64,000 nucleotides of DNA from Rhodobacter sp. (GTDB lineage Bacteria; Pseudomonadota; Alphaproteobacteria; Rhodobacterales; Rhodobacteraceae), in assembly GCA_027484985.1 (NCBI GenBank), contig JAIXRW010000056.1, positions 2,814 to 66,813 of the forward strand. Reading direction: 5' to 3'. Shown in pieces: positions 56,321-64,000 of the stretch (position 1 is its first letter; each line of letters begins with the position of its first letter). Position numbers and translations under genes: made by a program. The notes under the pieces were generated by a model. It was not told the DNA's origin, searched no databases, and saw only the letters and a list, made by a program, of their open reading frames with translations.

Positions 56321-57151
56321 TCACTTCACCGCGCCGAATGTCAGGCCACGGACGAGTTGTTTCTGGCTGAACCAGCCCAGTATCAGGATCGGCGCGATGG
56401 CCATGGTGCTGGCCGCGCTGAGTTTGGCGTAAAACAGCCCCTGCGGCGCCGAAAAGCTGGCGATAAAGGCCGAAAGCGGTGCCGCCTTGGTCGTGGTCAG
56501 CGTGATGGTCCAGAACGCCTCGTTCCACGCCAGTATCACGTTCAACAGAAGGGTCGAGGCGATGCCGGGAAGCGCCATCGGCGTCAGCACATGGACGATC
56601 TCGTTCCACAGTGACGCGCCATCCATCCGCGCCGCTTCCAGAATCTCGCCCGGAATTTCCTTGAAATAGGTGTAAAGCATCCAGACGATGATCGGCAGGT
56701 TCATCAGCATCAGCGCCAGAACAAGGCCGATCTTGGTGTCGAACAGACCCAGCCGCTGGAACAGCAGATACATCGGGATCAGCACACCCACGGCGGGCAT
56801 CATCTTGGTCGAAAGCATCCACATCAGCAGGTCTTTCGTCCGCTTGCCCGGCACAAAGGCCATCGACCACGCGGCCGGAATGGCAATGGCCAGCCCCAGC
56901 AGGGTCGAGCCGATGGAAATCACCACCGAATTCCAGAAAAAGCGCGGATAATCCGACCGCGACCATACTTCGGCGTAATTCTCGAACGTCCAGTCGGCGC
57001 TGAACAGCTGCGGCGGCGATGCCACGGCTGACGCTTCGGTCTTGAAGCTGGTCAGGATCATCCAAAGCACCGGAAAGAAGATCAGCAGCGCCACGCCCCA
57101 TGCGGCGGCGGTTGTCAGTATCTTGCGGCGGGTCGAATAGGTGCGGGCCAT
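56321..57151 (-). CDS. smoG: carbohydrate ABC transporter permease
   Basis: ORF track 276 aa. MalG-type permease with an EAA-like loop ([11 protein letters not shown]). Confidence 0.85.
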   Translation of the reverse strand: MARTYSTRRKILTTAAAWGVALLIFFPVLWMILTSFKTEASAVASPPQLFSADWTFENYAEVWSRSDYPRFFWNSVVISIGSTLLGLAIAIPAAWSMAFVPGKRTKDLLMWMLSTKMMPAVGVLIPMYLLFQRLGLFDTKIGLVLALMLMNLPIIVWMLYTYFKEIPGEILEAARMDGASLWNEIVHVLTPMALPGIASTLLLNVILAWNEAFWTITLTTTKAAPLSAFIASFSAPQGLFYAKLSAASTMAIAPILILGWFSQKQLVRGLTFGAVK

Positions 57152-57163
57152 GGTCTTTTCCCC

Positions 57164-58036
57164 TTACGCGTCAAGATGCTTGCCGATGCCGCGCATCAGG
57201 AAATAGGCCACGATATTGGCAAGGATCACGGCGATGATCCCCCCTGCGGCCGCGCGCCCGATATCCTTGGCGATCACGGCCTGCTTGTAGATCATGTAAG
57301 GCAGCGTGGTCGAAGCCGATCCCGGCCCGCCCTGCGTGGTGGTGAAAATCTCGCCAAAGATGCCCAGAAGAAAGATGGTCTGGATCAGCACGACCACCGT
57401 AATGGCCCGCGTCAGATGCGGCAGCACGATATAGCGAAAACGGTTGAACGGCCCCGCGCCATCAATCTCGGCCGCCTCGATCTGTTCGGATGACAAAGAT
57501 TGCAACGCCGTCAGCAAGATCAGCGTGGCAAAGGGCAGCCATTCCCACGCCACGATGAAGATGACCGATGCCATGGGATAATCCTCCATGAACAGCACCG
57601 GCTGGTAGCCAAGGCCCAGCGCCAGCGAAGCAAACATCCCGTTCTGCGGATGCATGAACAGGTTTTCCCAGATCGACGCGGCCACGGGCGGCATCACGAA
57701 GAAAGGCGAAATCACCAGTATCCGCAGCGGTCCCTGCCCCCAGACGGGCTGGTCCAGCAAAAGCGCGATCAGCACGCCGAAGATGATGGTGATGGCCAGC
57801 ACGCCCCCGACCAAAAGCAGGGTATTGGAAATCGCCAGCCAGAAATCGGGCGAGTTGAGAAACCACGTATAGTTCCGCATCCCGACCCATCCGGTCCGGT
57901 CGGGCGAAAGCAGCCGGTACAGCCGGAACGAAAACCACACCGTCATGGCCAGCGGCACGATCATCCACACGAACAGCAGGATGACCGAAGGCGCCACCAT
58001 GATCCTTGCGGCGATGCGGGATGATTGCGTTGCCAC
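57164..58036 (-). CDS. smoF: carbohydrate ABC transporter permease
   Basis: ORF track 290 aa. MalF-type permease with EAAEIDGAGPFNRF. Confidence 0.85.
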   Translation of the reverse strand: MATQSSRIAARIMVAPSVILLFVWMIVPLAMTVWFSFRLYRLLSPDRTGWVGMRNYTWFLNSPDFWLAISNTLLLVGGVLAITIIFGVLIALLLDQPVWGQGPLRILVISPFFVMPPVAASIWENLFMHPQNGMFASLALGLGYQPVLFMEDYPMASVIFIVAWEWLPFATLILLTALQSLSSEQIEAAEIDGAGPFNRFRYIVLPHLTRAITVVVLIQTIFLLGIFGEIFTTTQGGPGSASTTLPYMIYKQAVIAKDIGRAAAGGIIAVILANIVAYFLMRGIGKHLDA

Positions 58037-58167
58037 TTTGGCCTCCGAACGTCTGAAAAGGCGGGGCCAGCCCCGGCGCGGTCGCAGGGCGCGGCAATCC
58101 CGCGCGGCGTCCCGCAGTGCAAAAGAACCGGCCCCCTCTGGGAGAAAGGGGGCCGGTCTGGCGTGGC

Positions 58168-59481
58168 TTACTTGATGTAGCCGGCCGAGGTCATTTCATC
58201 GACCGCAGCGGCCTGGGCTTCTGCCAGTGCATCATCCACCGTCTTCTGGCCAGCCAGAGCCGCCGAGAAGATTTCGCCAACCGTCGTCGCAAGGCCCGCA
58301 AATTCCGGGATGGCGGCGAACTGGACACCCACATAGGGCACCGGCTTCACGGTCGGGTTGGTCGGGTCAGCCGCGTTGATGCTGTCCAGCGTCATCTTGG
58401 CGAAGGGCAGCTTGGCATATTCCGGGTTCTCGTACAGCGACTTGCGCGTTCCCGGAGGCACGTTGCCCCAGCCCTCTTTCGATGCGACCAGCGCCAGATA
58501 GTCCTTGTTGGTCGCCCAGTCGATAAAGGTCTTGGCGGCGTCCTTGGCATCCGACGATGCCGGAATGGCCAGCGACCATGCCCACAGCCAGTTGGCGCGC
58601 TTGCCAAGGCCCATGTCGGGCGCAAGGGCAAAGCCCACCTTGTCGGCGAATTCCGACTGCTTGGGATCGGTCAGCGCACCGGCCGAAACCGTGGCGTCCA
58701 TACGGATGCCGCACTTGCCCTGCAACGACAGGGTCAGGTTTTCGTTATAGCCGTTGTTCGATGCACCGGGCGGGCCGTAATTGGTCAGCAGGTCCACATA
58801 GTCGGTCAGCACGGCTTTCCATTCCGGGCTGTCGAATTGCGGGTTCCAGTTCTCGTCGAACCAGCGCGCGCCATAGCTGTTGGCCATCGAGGTCAGGAAG
58901 GCCATGTTCTCGCCCCAGCCCGCCTTACCGCGCAGACAGATGCCATAGATGCCGGCGTCCTTGTCGGTCATCGCAGCGGCGGCCTTCTTGATGTCATCCC
59001 AAGTGGGCGCATCGGGAATGGTCACGCCGGCCTTTTCGGCCAGATCCTTGCGATAGTTCACAAAGGACGATTCGCCATAAAAGGGCGAGGCATAAAGGTT
59101 GCCGTCAACCGTCAGACCGCCCCGGATCGCGGGCAGCAGGTCATCCACGTCATATTCGGCGGGCAGGTCGTTCAGGCTTTCCAGCCAGCCCTGCTTGCCC
59201 CAGATCGGAACTTCATAGGTGCCGATGGTGATCACGTCATATTGGCCGCCATTGGTCGAGATATCGGCCGTCACGTTCTGGCGCAGGACGTTCTCTTCCA
59301 GCGTCACCCATTCGACCTTGATGTCGGGATGCTTGGCATAGAAATCGTCCATCAGGCCCTGCATGCGCACCATGTCGCCGTTGTTCACGGTGGCCACGGT
59401 GATCGTCGTTTCGGCCATGGCGGCGCCCGAAAGGCAAACCGCGACCGACGCACCCAAAAGGGCACGATGCGTCATTTTCAT
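58168..59481 (-). CDS. smoE: polyol/sugar ABC transporter substrate-binding protein
   Basis: ORF track 437 aa. Signal peptide MKMTHRALLGASVAVCLSGAAMA. Family-1 SBP. Confidence 0.85.
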   Translation of the reverse strand: MKMTHRALLGASVAVCLSGAAMAETTITVATVNNGDMVRMQGLMDDFYAKHPDIKVEWVTLEENVLRQNVTADISTNGGQYDVITIGTYEVPIWGKQGWLESLNDLPAEYDVDDLLPAIRGGLTVDGNLYASPFYGESSFVNYRKDLAEKAGVTIPDAPTWDDIKKAAAAMTDKDAGIYGICLRGKAGWGENMAFLTSMANSYGARWFDENWNPQFDSPEWKAVLTDYVDLLTNYGPPGASNNGYNENLTLSLQGKCGIRMDATVSAGALTDPKQSEFADKVGFALAPDMGLGKRANWLWAWSLAIPASSDAKDAAKTFIDWATNKDYLALVASKEGWGNVPPGTRKSLYENPEYAKLPFAKMTLDSINAADPTNPTVKPVPYVGVQFAAIPEFAGLATTVGEIFSAALAGQKTVDDALAEAQAAAVDEMTSAGYIK

Positions 59482-59691
59482 TGGGTAGTCCTCCCTAACA
59501 AGCGACTGAGCATTTCATCGCCTGATGGGCAATTACCCATATCAAAGGGCCTCTCGTCAAGTCTCTTGTCGGGCAAAAATTCACCACGGCGGCAAATGTT
59601 CCGCTGTCGAAACAAGCAACGGCAAAAGCGCGCCGCCCGTGCCTCGCCGCCCGCCCCGATATGTCTTGCAAGGTGCCGGCGGTGGCCGGTG

Positions 59692-60651
59692 TCAGGCGCG
59701 CGACAGAATCGCCCGCGCCGTCATCTCGTCGGTGACGATGCCATTCAGGATGCCCGCCTTCAGCGCCGCACGGATCGCGCCAACCTTCGACGCCCCCGCC
59801 GCCACCCCGATGGCAGGGCGCGCCAATCCCGGCACGACGCGCACACCGCCCAGACGGGTATCGTCAGGGCTTTCCAGATAGGTGCCTTCGGAATCGAATA
59901 CCCAGCCCGCGATCTCGCCCACCGCGCCGCGCCGTTGCAGCGCGGTCAGTTCGGCGCGGGTGATGAACCCGTCCGCCAGAAGCGGCGCGTCATCGCCCAT
60001 CTGGCCCACGCCGACAAAGATCACATCCGCCCGCTCGGCCAGATGCCGCACCTGCCGGATCGGCCCCAGCGCGGTAAAGGCCTCGAACTCGGCGCGGCTG
60101 CTGGCGATCACTGGCATCGGCATCGGATAATGCGGCGCGCGCACCTTGTCTGCGATCCGCATGATGACATCGAAAAAGCTGGCCGAGCCGTCCGGCGCGA
60201 TATTGCCGATCATCGACACCAGCCGGTGATGCGGCGCATCCAGCGCCGCCATCGCATCGACCATGCCCCGCAAGGCCCGCCCGGTGCCCAGCGCAATCAC
60301 CAACGGGTCGGTCATGGCCAGAAACCGCTCCAACTCTTGCGCGGCGGCCGGTGCAATGGCGCGCACCGCATCGGCCCCCGCCCCCAGTCCGGGCGCCACC
60401 CGCGCCCGCAACAGCCCGAAGCTCTCGACCAGCGCCTGTTCCAGTTCAAGACAGGCCGCGATCGGATGCTCGATCCGCACATGCACCAGCCCCTCGGCCA
60501 TGGCACGGCTGACCAGCCGCTGCGCCCGCTGGCGGCTGACGCCCAGTTCGCGGGCGATCTGGTCCTGCGTCATCCCCGCGACGTAATACAGCCACCCCGC
60601 CCGGGCGGCATCGTCCGACTGGCTCGGTTCGGATTCGGGTTGCAACATCAT
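59692..60651 (-). CDS. smoC: SorC family sugar-binding transcriptional regulator
   Basis: ORF track 319 aa. N-terminal HTH (YYVAGMTQDQIARELGVSRQRAQRLV) plus a SorC/DeoR-type sugar-binding domain. Upstream of smoE. Confidence 0.8.
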   Translation of the reverse strand: MMLQPESEPSQSDDAARAGWLYYVAGMTQDQIARELGVSRQRAQRLVSRAMAEGLVHVRIEHPIAACLELEQALVESFGLLRARVAPGLGAGADAVRAIAPAAAQELERFLAMTDPLVIALGTGRALRGMVDAMAALDAPHHRLVSMIGNIAPDGSASFFDVIMRIADKVRAPHYPMPMPVIASSRAEFEAFTALGPIRQVRHLAERADVIFVGVGQMGDDAPLLADGFITRAELTALQRRGAVGEIAGWVFDSEGTYLESPDDTRLGGVRVVPGLARPAIGVAAGASKVGAIRAALKAGILNGIVTDEMTARAILSRA

Positions 60652-61334
60652 TGCACCTCGCAGGAAGGGGCGAACACATCGGGCCGCGCCGCCCGCATCG
60701 CCGCGAAACTGTCGAACTGGGCACGCGGCACCGCATCGGGCGGCGGGGCAAGGTCAAGCCCGGCCAGATGGCTTCCACCCACGAAGCGCCATACCTCCAT
60801 CCCTGCCGCCAACCCCGCCCGCACGCCGTTCAGCGAATCCTCGATCACCACACAGGCGGCGGGATCGGCCCCCATCCGGCGGGCGGCATGCAAGAACAGA
60901 TCGGGCGCAGGCTTGCCCCGCGCTACTTCCGATGCGGTAAAGGCGCGACCCGCGAAAAACCGCGTCAGCCCGGTGATTTCCAGACTGCGCCGCATCCGTT
61001 CGGGGCTGGACGATGTGGCAAGGCAATAGGGCAAGCGCAATGCCCCGATCACCTCGGCCACGCCTTCCATCACCCGCAATTCCGCCTCGAATGCGGCCAG
61101 CAGACGTGCGCGGTAATCGGCCTCGAACCGCTCGGGCAGGGCCACCCCCCACCGCTCGCGCACCTCGCGCAGCACGACCGGATAGGACCGCCCCAGAAAA
61201 TGGCGGCTGACGAAAGCCATATCCATCTCGACGCCATAGCCCTGCAATTCGGCGATCAACTGGCGGGCGGAAATCACCTCGCTGTCGATCAGTACGCCGT
61301 CGCAATCAAAGATGATCAGGTCTGGTCCGCTCAT
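60648..61334 (-). CDS. HAD family hydrolase (beta-phosphoglucomutase/CbbY-like)
   Basis: ORF track 228 aa. DLIIFDCDGVLIDSE motif I. ATGA overlap with the regulator gene. Confidence 0.8.
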   Translation of the reverse strand: MSGPDLIIFDCDGVLIDSEVISARQLIAELQGYGVEMDMAFVSRHFLGRSYPVVLREVRERWGVALPERFEADYRARLLAAFEAELRVMEGVAEVIGALRLPYCLATSSSPERMRRSLEITGLTRFFAGRAFTASEVARGKPAPDLFLHAARRMGADPAACVVIEDSLNGVRAGLAAGMEVWRFVGGSHLAGLDLAPPPDAVPRAQFDSFAAMRAARPDVFAPSCEVQ

Positions 61335-61381
61335 GGCCGCATGGTGAAAGCCAAGCGCAAGCGCCTGTCAACTGCGGGGGA

Positions 61382-61408
61382 CGAAGAATTTTCGGCGAAA
61401 ATTCTTCG
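61382..61408. repeat. AT-rich palindromic hairpin, family C copy 2
   Basis: CGAAGAATTTTC-GGC-GAAAATTCTTCG, 12-bp stem. Abuts a family A copy. Confidence 0.75.
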
Positions 61409-61411
61409 GAC

Positions 61412-61465
61412 GGGGGGCTGCCGCCCCCCGAACCCCCTGCGAGTATTTGGGCAAAGGTGAAAAGG
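61412..61465 (-). repeat. intergenic repeat family A, reverse copy
   Basis: GGGGGGCTGCCGCCCCCCGAACCCCCTGCGAGTATTTGGGCAAAGGTGAAAAGG. Confidence 0.7.
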
Positions 61466-61560
61466 AAGCAGGGCGCGGAAGCCCGCAGATCCCGTCGCTC
61501 GCGGGCAGGACGTGGAGCGTTTCATACACTCCCGAGAACAAACTCGGTCGCAGTGTCCGC

Positions 61561-61628
61561 CTTTCACACTGGCCCAAATATCCTCGGGGGGTGAGCGGCA
61601 AAGCCGCGAGGGGGGCAGACGGCCCCCC
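61561..61628 (+). repeat. intergenic repeat family A, forward copy
   Basis: CTTTCACACTGGCCCAAATATCCTCGGGGGGTGAGCGGCAAAGCCGCGAGGGGGGCAGACGGCCCCCC. Confidence 0.75.
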
Positions 61629-61649
61629 TCGAATTTTCGTAGAAAATTC
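61629..61649. repeat. AT-rich palindromic hairpin, family C copy 3
   Basis: CGAATTTTC-GTA-GAAAATTCG, 9-bp stem. Lies 8 nt downstream of the rbsK stop on the minus strand, so a likely terminator. Confidence 0.65.
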
Positions 61650-61656
61650 GTCCTGT

Positions 61657-62577
61657 TCAGCCGCGGGCCAGCAGCGCGTCGATCTCGTCGCGCGATGGCA
61701 TCGCGGGCGCCGTTCCGGCCCGTGTTACGCTGATGCCCGCCGTGGCGCAGCCAAAGCGCACGCAATCCACCACATCGCGCCCTTCGGCCAAGGCCACCGC
61801 GAAACCGCCATTGAAGGCATCGCCCGCGCCCGTGGTTTCCACCACCGCGCCTGCGCTGATCACCGGCACATGGACCGAGCGGGTGCGATCACGATAGAGC
61901 GCGCCCTTGTCGCCCAGCGTGATGATCGCCGCCCCCACGCCCCGCGCCAGCAGCGCATCGGCAGCGGCTTCCGCCTCGGCCACGGTGGTGACGGGCAGGC
62001 CGGTCAGCCCCTCGGCCTCGGATTCATTCGGGGTCACGAAATCGCACAGGCGCAGGATATCATCGTCAAGCGTTGCCGCAGGCGCGGGGTTCAGGATCGT
62101 CTTTGCCCCACCGGCCCGCGCAATCTCCAAGGCCCGCTTGGCCGCCGGAATGGGCTGTTCTAACTGGGTGATGAAGACCTTGGCCCCGCCGATCAGCGCG
62201 GCACGATCCTCGACATCACCCACCGAAATCCGCCCCGCCGCCCCTGCCGCGACGATGATCGCGTTGTTGCCCGTTGCATTCTCGATGAAGATATAAGCCG
62301 CGCCCGTATAGCTGTCGGCATCTTCGGTGATCGCGGTCTTGACCCCCGCCTTGGCCCAGGTTCCCCGCGCGATATCGGCAAAGGCATCCTTGCCCAGACG
62401 GGTGATGAAGGTCACATCCCCCCCCGCCTTGGCGGCAGCGACCGACTGGTTTGACCCCTTGCCCCCCGGCCCCAGCACGAAGGACGTGCCAAGGATCGTC
62501 TCGCCCATCTTGGGCTGGCGGTCTGCGCGATAGGCGGTATCGGCCACGAAGATGCCAAGGATCACGATGTCGGACAT
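61657..62577 (-). CDS. rbsK: ribokinase (PfkB family)
   Basis: ORF track 306 aa. GGKGSNQSVAAAKAG, NESEAE, TTGAGDAFNGGF. Confidence 0.85.
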   Translation of the reverse strand: MSDIVILGIFVADTAYRADRQPKMGETILGTSFVLGPGGKGSNQSVAAAKAGGDVTFITRLGKDAFADIARGTWAKAGVKTAITEDADSYTGAAYIFIENATGNNAIIVAAGAAGRISVGDVEDRAALIGGAKVFITQLEQPIPAAKRALEIARAGGAKTILNPAPAATLDDDILRLCDFVTPNESEAEGLTGLPVTTVAEAEAAADALLARGVGAAIITLGDKGALYRDRTRSVHVPVISAGAVVETTGAGDAFNGGFAVALAEGRDVVDCVRFGCATAGISVTRAGTAPAMPSRDEIDALLARG

Positions 62578-62581
62578 GGGC

Positions 62582-63034
62582 TTACTCCTCGGGCGGGATC
62601 ACGCCCTTGCGGAACATGAAACAGCCATAGAACCGGCGCTCGCCGGTCTGGATCACGGCATAGGCCTTGCGGGCCCTGTCGTAAAAGGCAAAGCGCTCGA
62701 TCCCGATCATCGGGCGGTGGCGGCCTTCGGCGGCGTCGATCTCGGCCTGCACCTCGGCCTGCACGGGCGGCACGGTGGACGGATCGCCCACAATTTCCAT
62801 CCGGCCTGCGAAATCATCGACAAAGGTATCCAGCGGCAGCACCGACAGGATCGCGTTGGCCGCCTGCCCCGCCGTCAGGTTCTCCATCCGCAGCAAATGG
62901 CCCAGTTGCGTATCCCGTGCCACGCTGTCTGCCGGAAAATTCGTATCCGACAGGATCAGCACATCGCCATGCCCCATCGCCCGCAGACAGGCCAGCACCT
63001 CGGCATTCAGCCGGTTGTCGATCCCCTTGAGCAT
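62582..63034 (-). CDS. fucU: RbsD/FucU family sugar mutarotase
   Basis: ORF track 62582..63058 has a TTG start. ATG at 63034 (MLKGIDNRL) has GGAGG upstream. MGHGDVLILSDTNFP and FAFYDRARKAYAVIQTGERRFYG align with E. coli FucU as I recall it. Confidence 0.85.
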   Translation of the reverse strand: MLKGIDNRLNAEVLACLRAMGHGDVLILSDTNFPADSVARDTQLGHLLRMENLTAGQAANAILSVLPLDTFVDDFAGRMEIVGDPSTVPPVQAEVQAEIDAAEGRHRPMIGIERFAFYDRARKAYAVIQTGERRFYGCFMFRKGVIPPEE

Positions 63035-63093
63035 CCGTTCCTCCCGCAATTTCGGCAACCCTGACGCGCCACGCGGGCAGGGTCAAGCGCCGG

Positions 63094-64000
63094 TCAGAAG
63101 CGCATCCCGCTGGCCTTGTCGAAAAGATGCACCCCCGCCGCATCGGTCGGGGCCAGCGTCACCGCCTGCCCGGGCCGCAGGCTGACGCGGTCACGGAACA
63201 CGGCCGTCAATTCGCGCCCTTCGATCCGCACCACCACATGGGTCTCGGACCCGGTGGGTTCCACCACGGCGACGGTTCCCTTGATGCCGGTTTCCGACAG
63301 CCCGAGGTTTTCGGGACGCACGCCATAGATCACCTCGCGCCCCTCGGCCACCGGCATGCCCGGGGGCAGCGGCAGCAGCGCCTCGCCCGCACGCACCGCA
63401 CCCCCCTGCACCACCCCCGCGATCATGTTCATCGAGGGCGACCCGATAAAGGCCGCGACAAAGGTATTGGCAGGACGGTCATACAACTCCAGCGGCGCGC
63501 CCACCTGTTCGATCCGTCCGCCCTGCATCACCACGATCTTGTCGGCCATCGTCATGGCCTCGATCTGGTCATGGGTGACATAGACGGTCGTGGTCTTCAG
63601 CCGCTGGTGCAATTCGCGGATCTCGGTACGCATCTGCACGCGCAGCTTGGCATCAAGGTTCGACAGCGGTTCGTCGAACAAGAACACCTGCGGATCGCGC
63701 ACGATGGCGCGGCCCATGGCCACGCGCTGGCGCTGCCCGCCCGAAAGCGCACGGGGATAGCGGTCAAGATAGGGGGTCAGGCCCAGCACCTCGGCCGCGC
63801 GCGCGACGCGGGTGTCGATCTCGGCCTTGTCCATGCCGCGCATCTTCAGCGCGAAACCCATATTCGCCGCCACCGTCTTGTGCGGATAAAGCGCATAGTT
63901 CTGGAACACCATGGCGATGTCCCGCTCGGACGGGGGCAGGTTGTTCACCAGCCGCTCGCCAATGGCGATCCGCCCCGACGACACCTCTTCCAGCCCCGCG
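63094..64000 (-). CDS. sugar ABC transporter ATP-binding protein (MalK/UgpC-like), N-terminus beyond the right edge
   Basis: ORF 63094..63984 continues in frame to the window end. Signature LSGGQRQR and Walker [12 protein letters not shown]. Confidence 0.9.
   Translation of the reverse strand, partial: AGLEEVSSGRIAIGERLVNNLPPSERDIAMVFQNYALYPHKTVAANMGFALKMRGMDKAEIDTRVARAAEVLGLTPYLDRYPRALSGGQRQRVAMGRAIVRDPQVFLFDEPLSNLDAKLRVQMRTEIRELHQRLKTTTVYVTHDQIEAMTMADKIVVMQGGRIEQVGAPLELYDRPANTFVAAFIGSPSMNMIAGVVQGGAVRAGEALLPLPPGMPVAEGREVIYGVRPENLGLSETGIKGTVAVVEPTGSETHVVVRIEGRELTAVFRDRVSLRPGQAVTLAPTDAAGVHLFDKASGMRF

Overview
High-GC alphaproteobacterial chromosome segment (by eye high-60s % G+C). Gene content and synteny look like Rhodobacterales (Rhodobacter/Cereibacter/Paracoccus-like). 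Most of the window is core metabolism and housekeeping. It holds a propionyl-CoA assimilation module (mcm partial, pccA, pccB, ScfR-type regulator pccR), parE, lolD plus lolC/E, proS, an AI-2E permease, hdaA, ppk1-ppx, a DjlA-like J-protein, an MttB-family methyltransferase, a PleD-like diguanylate cyclase, an ECF sigma/anti-sigma module, metG, two aldo/keto reductases, an amidase, a polyol operon resembling smoEFGK-smoS-mtlK of R. sphaeroides with a SorC-type regulator, and a ribokinase/FucU/ABC sugar cluster that runs off the right edge. I recognised no rRNA, tRNA, CRISPR array, transposase or integrase. Six things stand out. (1) A tightly coupled pair next to proS: a small acidic CesT/class-I type III chaperone-like protein followed by a compositionally foreign, serine-rich 271-aa protein, with no secretion apparatus in the window. 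(2) A low-GC islet fused to a compositionally mosaic 3-prime end of parE; it carries a lone HEPN-like (R-x4-H) ORF and is followed by a BrnT/BrnA toxin-antitoxin pair. (3) A roughly 135-bp tandem array of about 5.3 units seeded from the 3-prime end of an aldo/keto reductase gene. (4) An orphan imuA-like gene behind a perfect GTTC-N7-GTTC SOS box. (5) Three families of structured intergenic repeats (13 + 3 + 3 copies). (6) Several candidate operator palindromes. Many long ORFs in the six-frame track are GC-bias antisense artefacts and were rejected. All family assignments come from reading the translations and need profile or structure searches to confirm.
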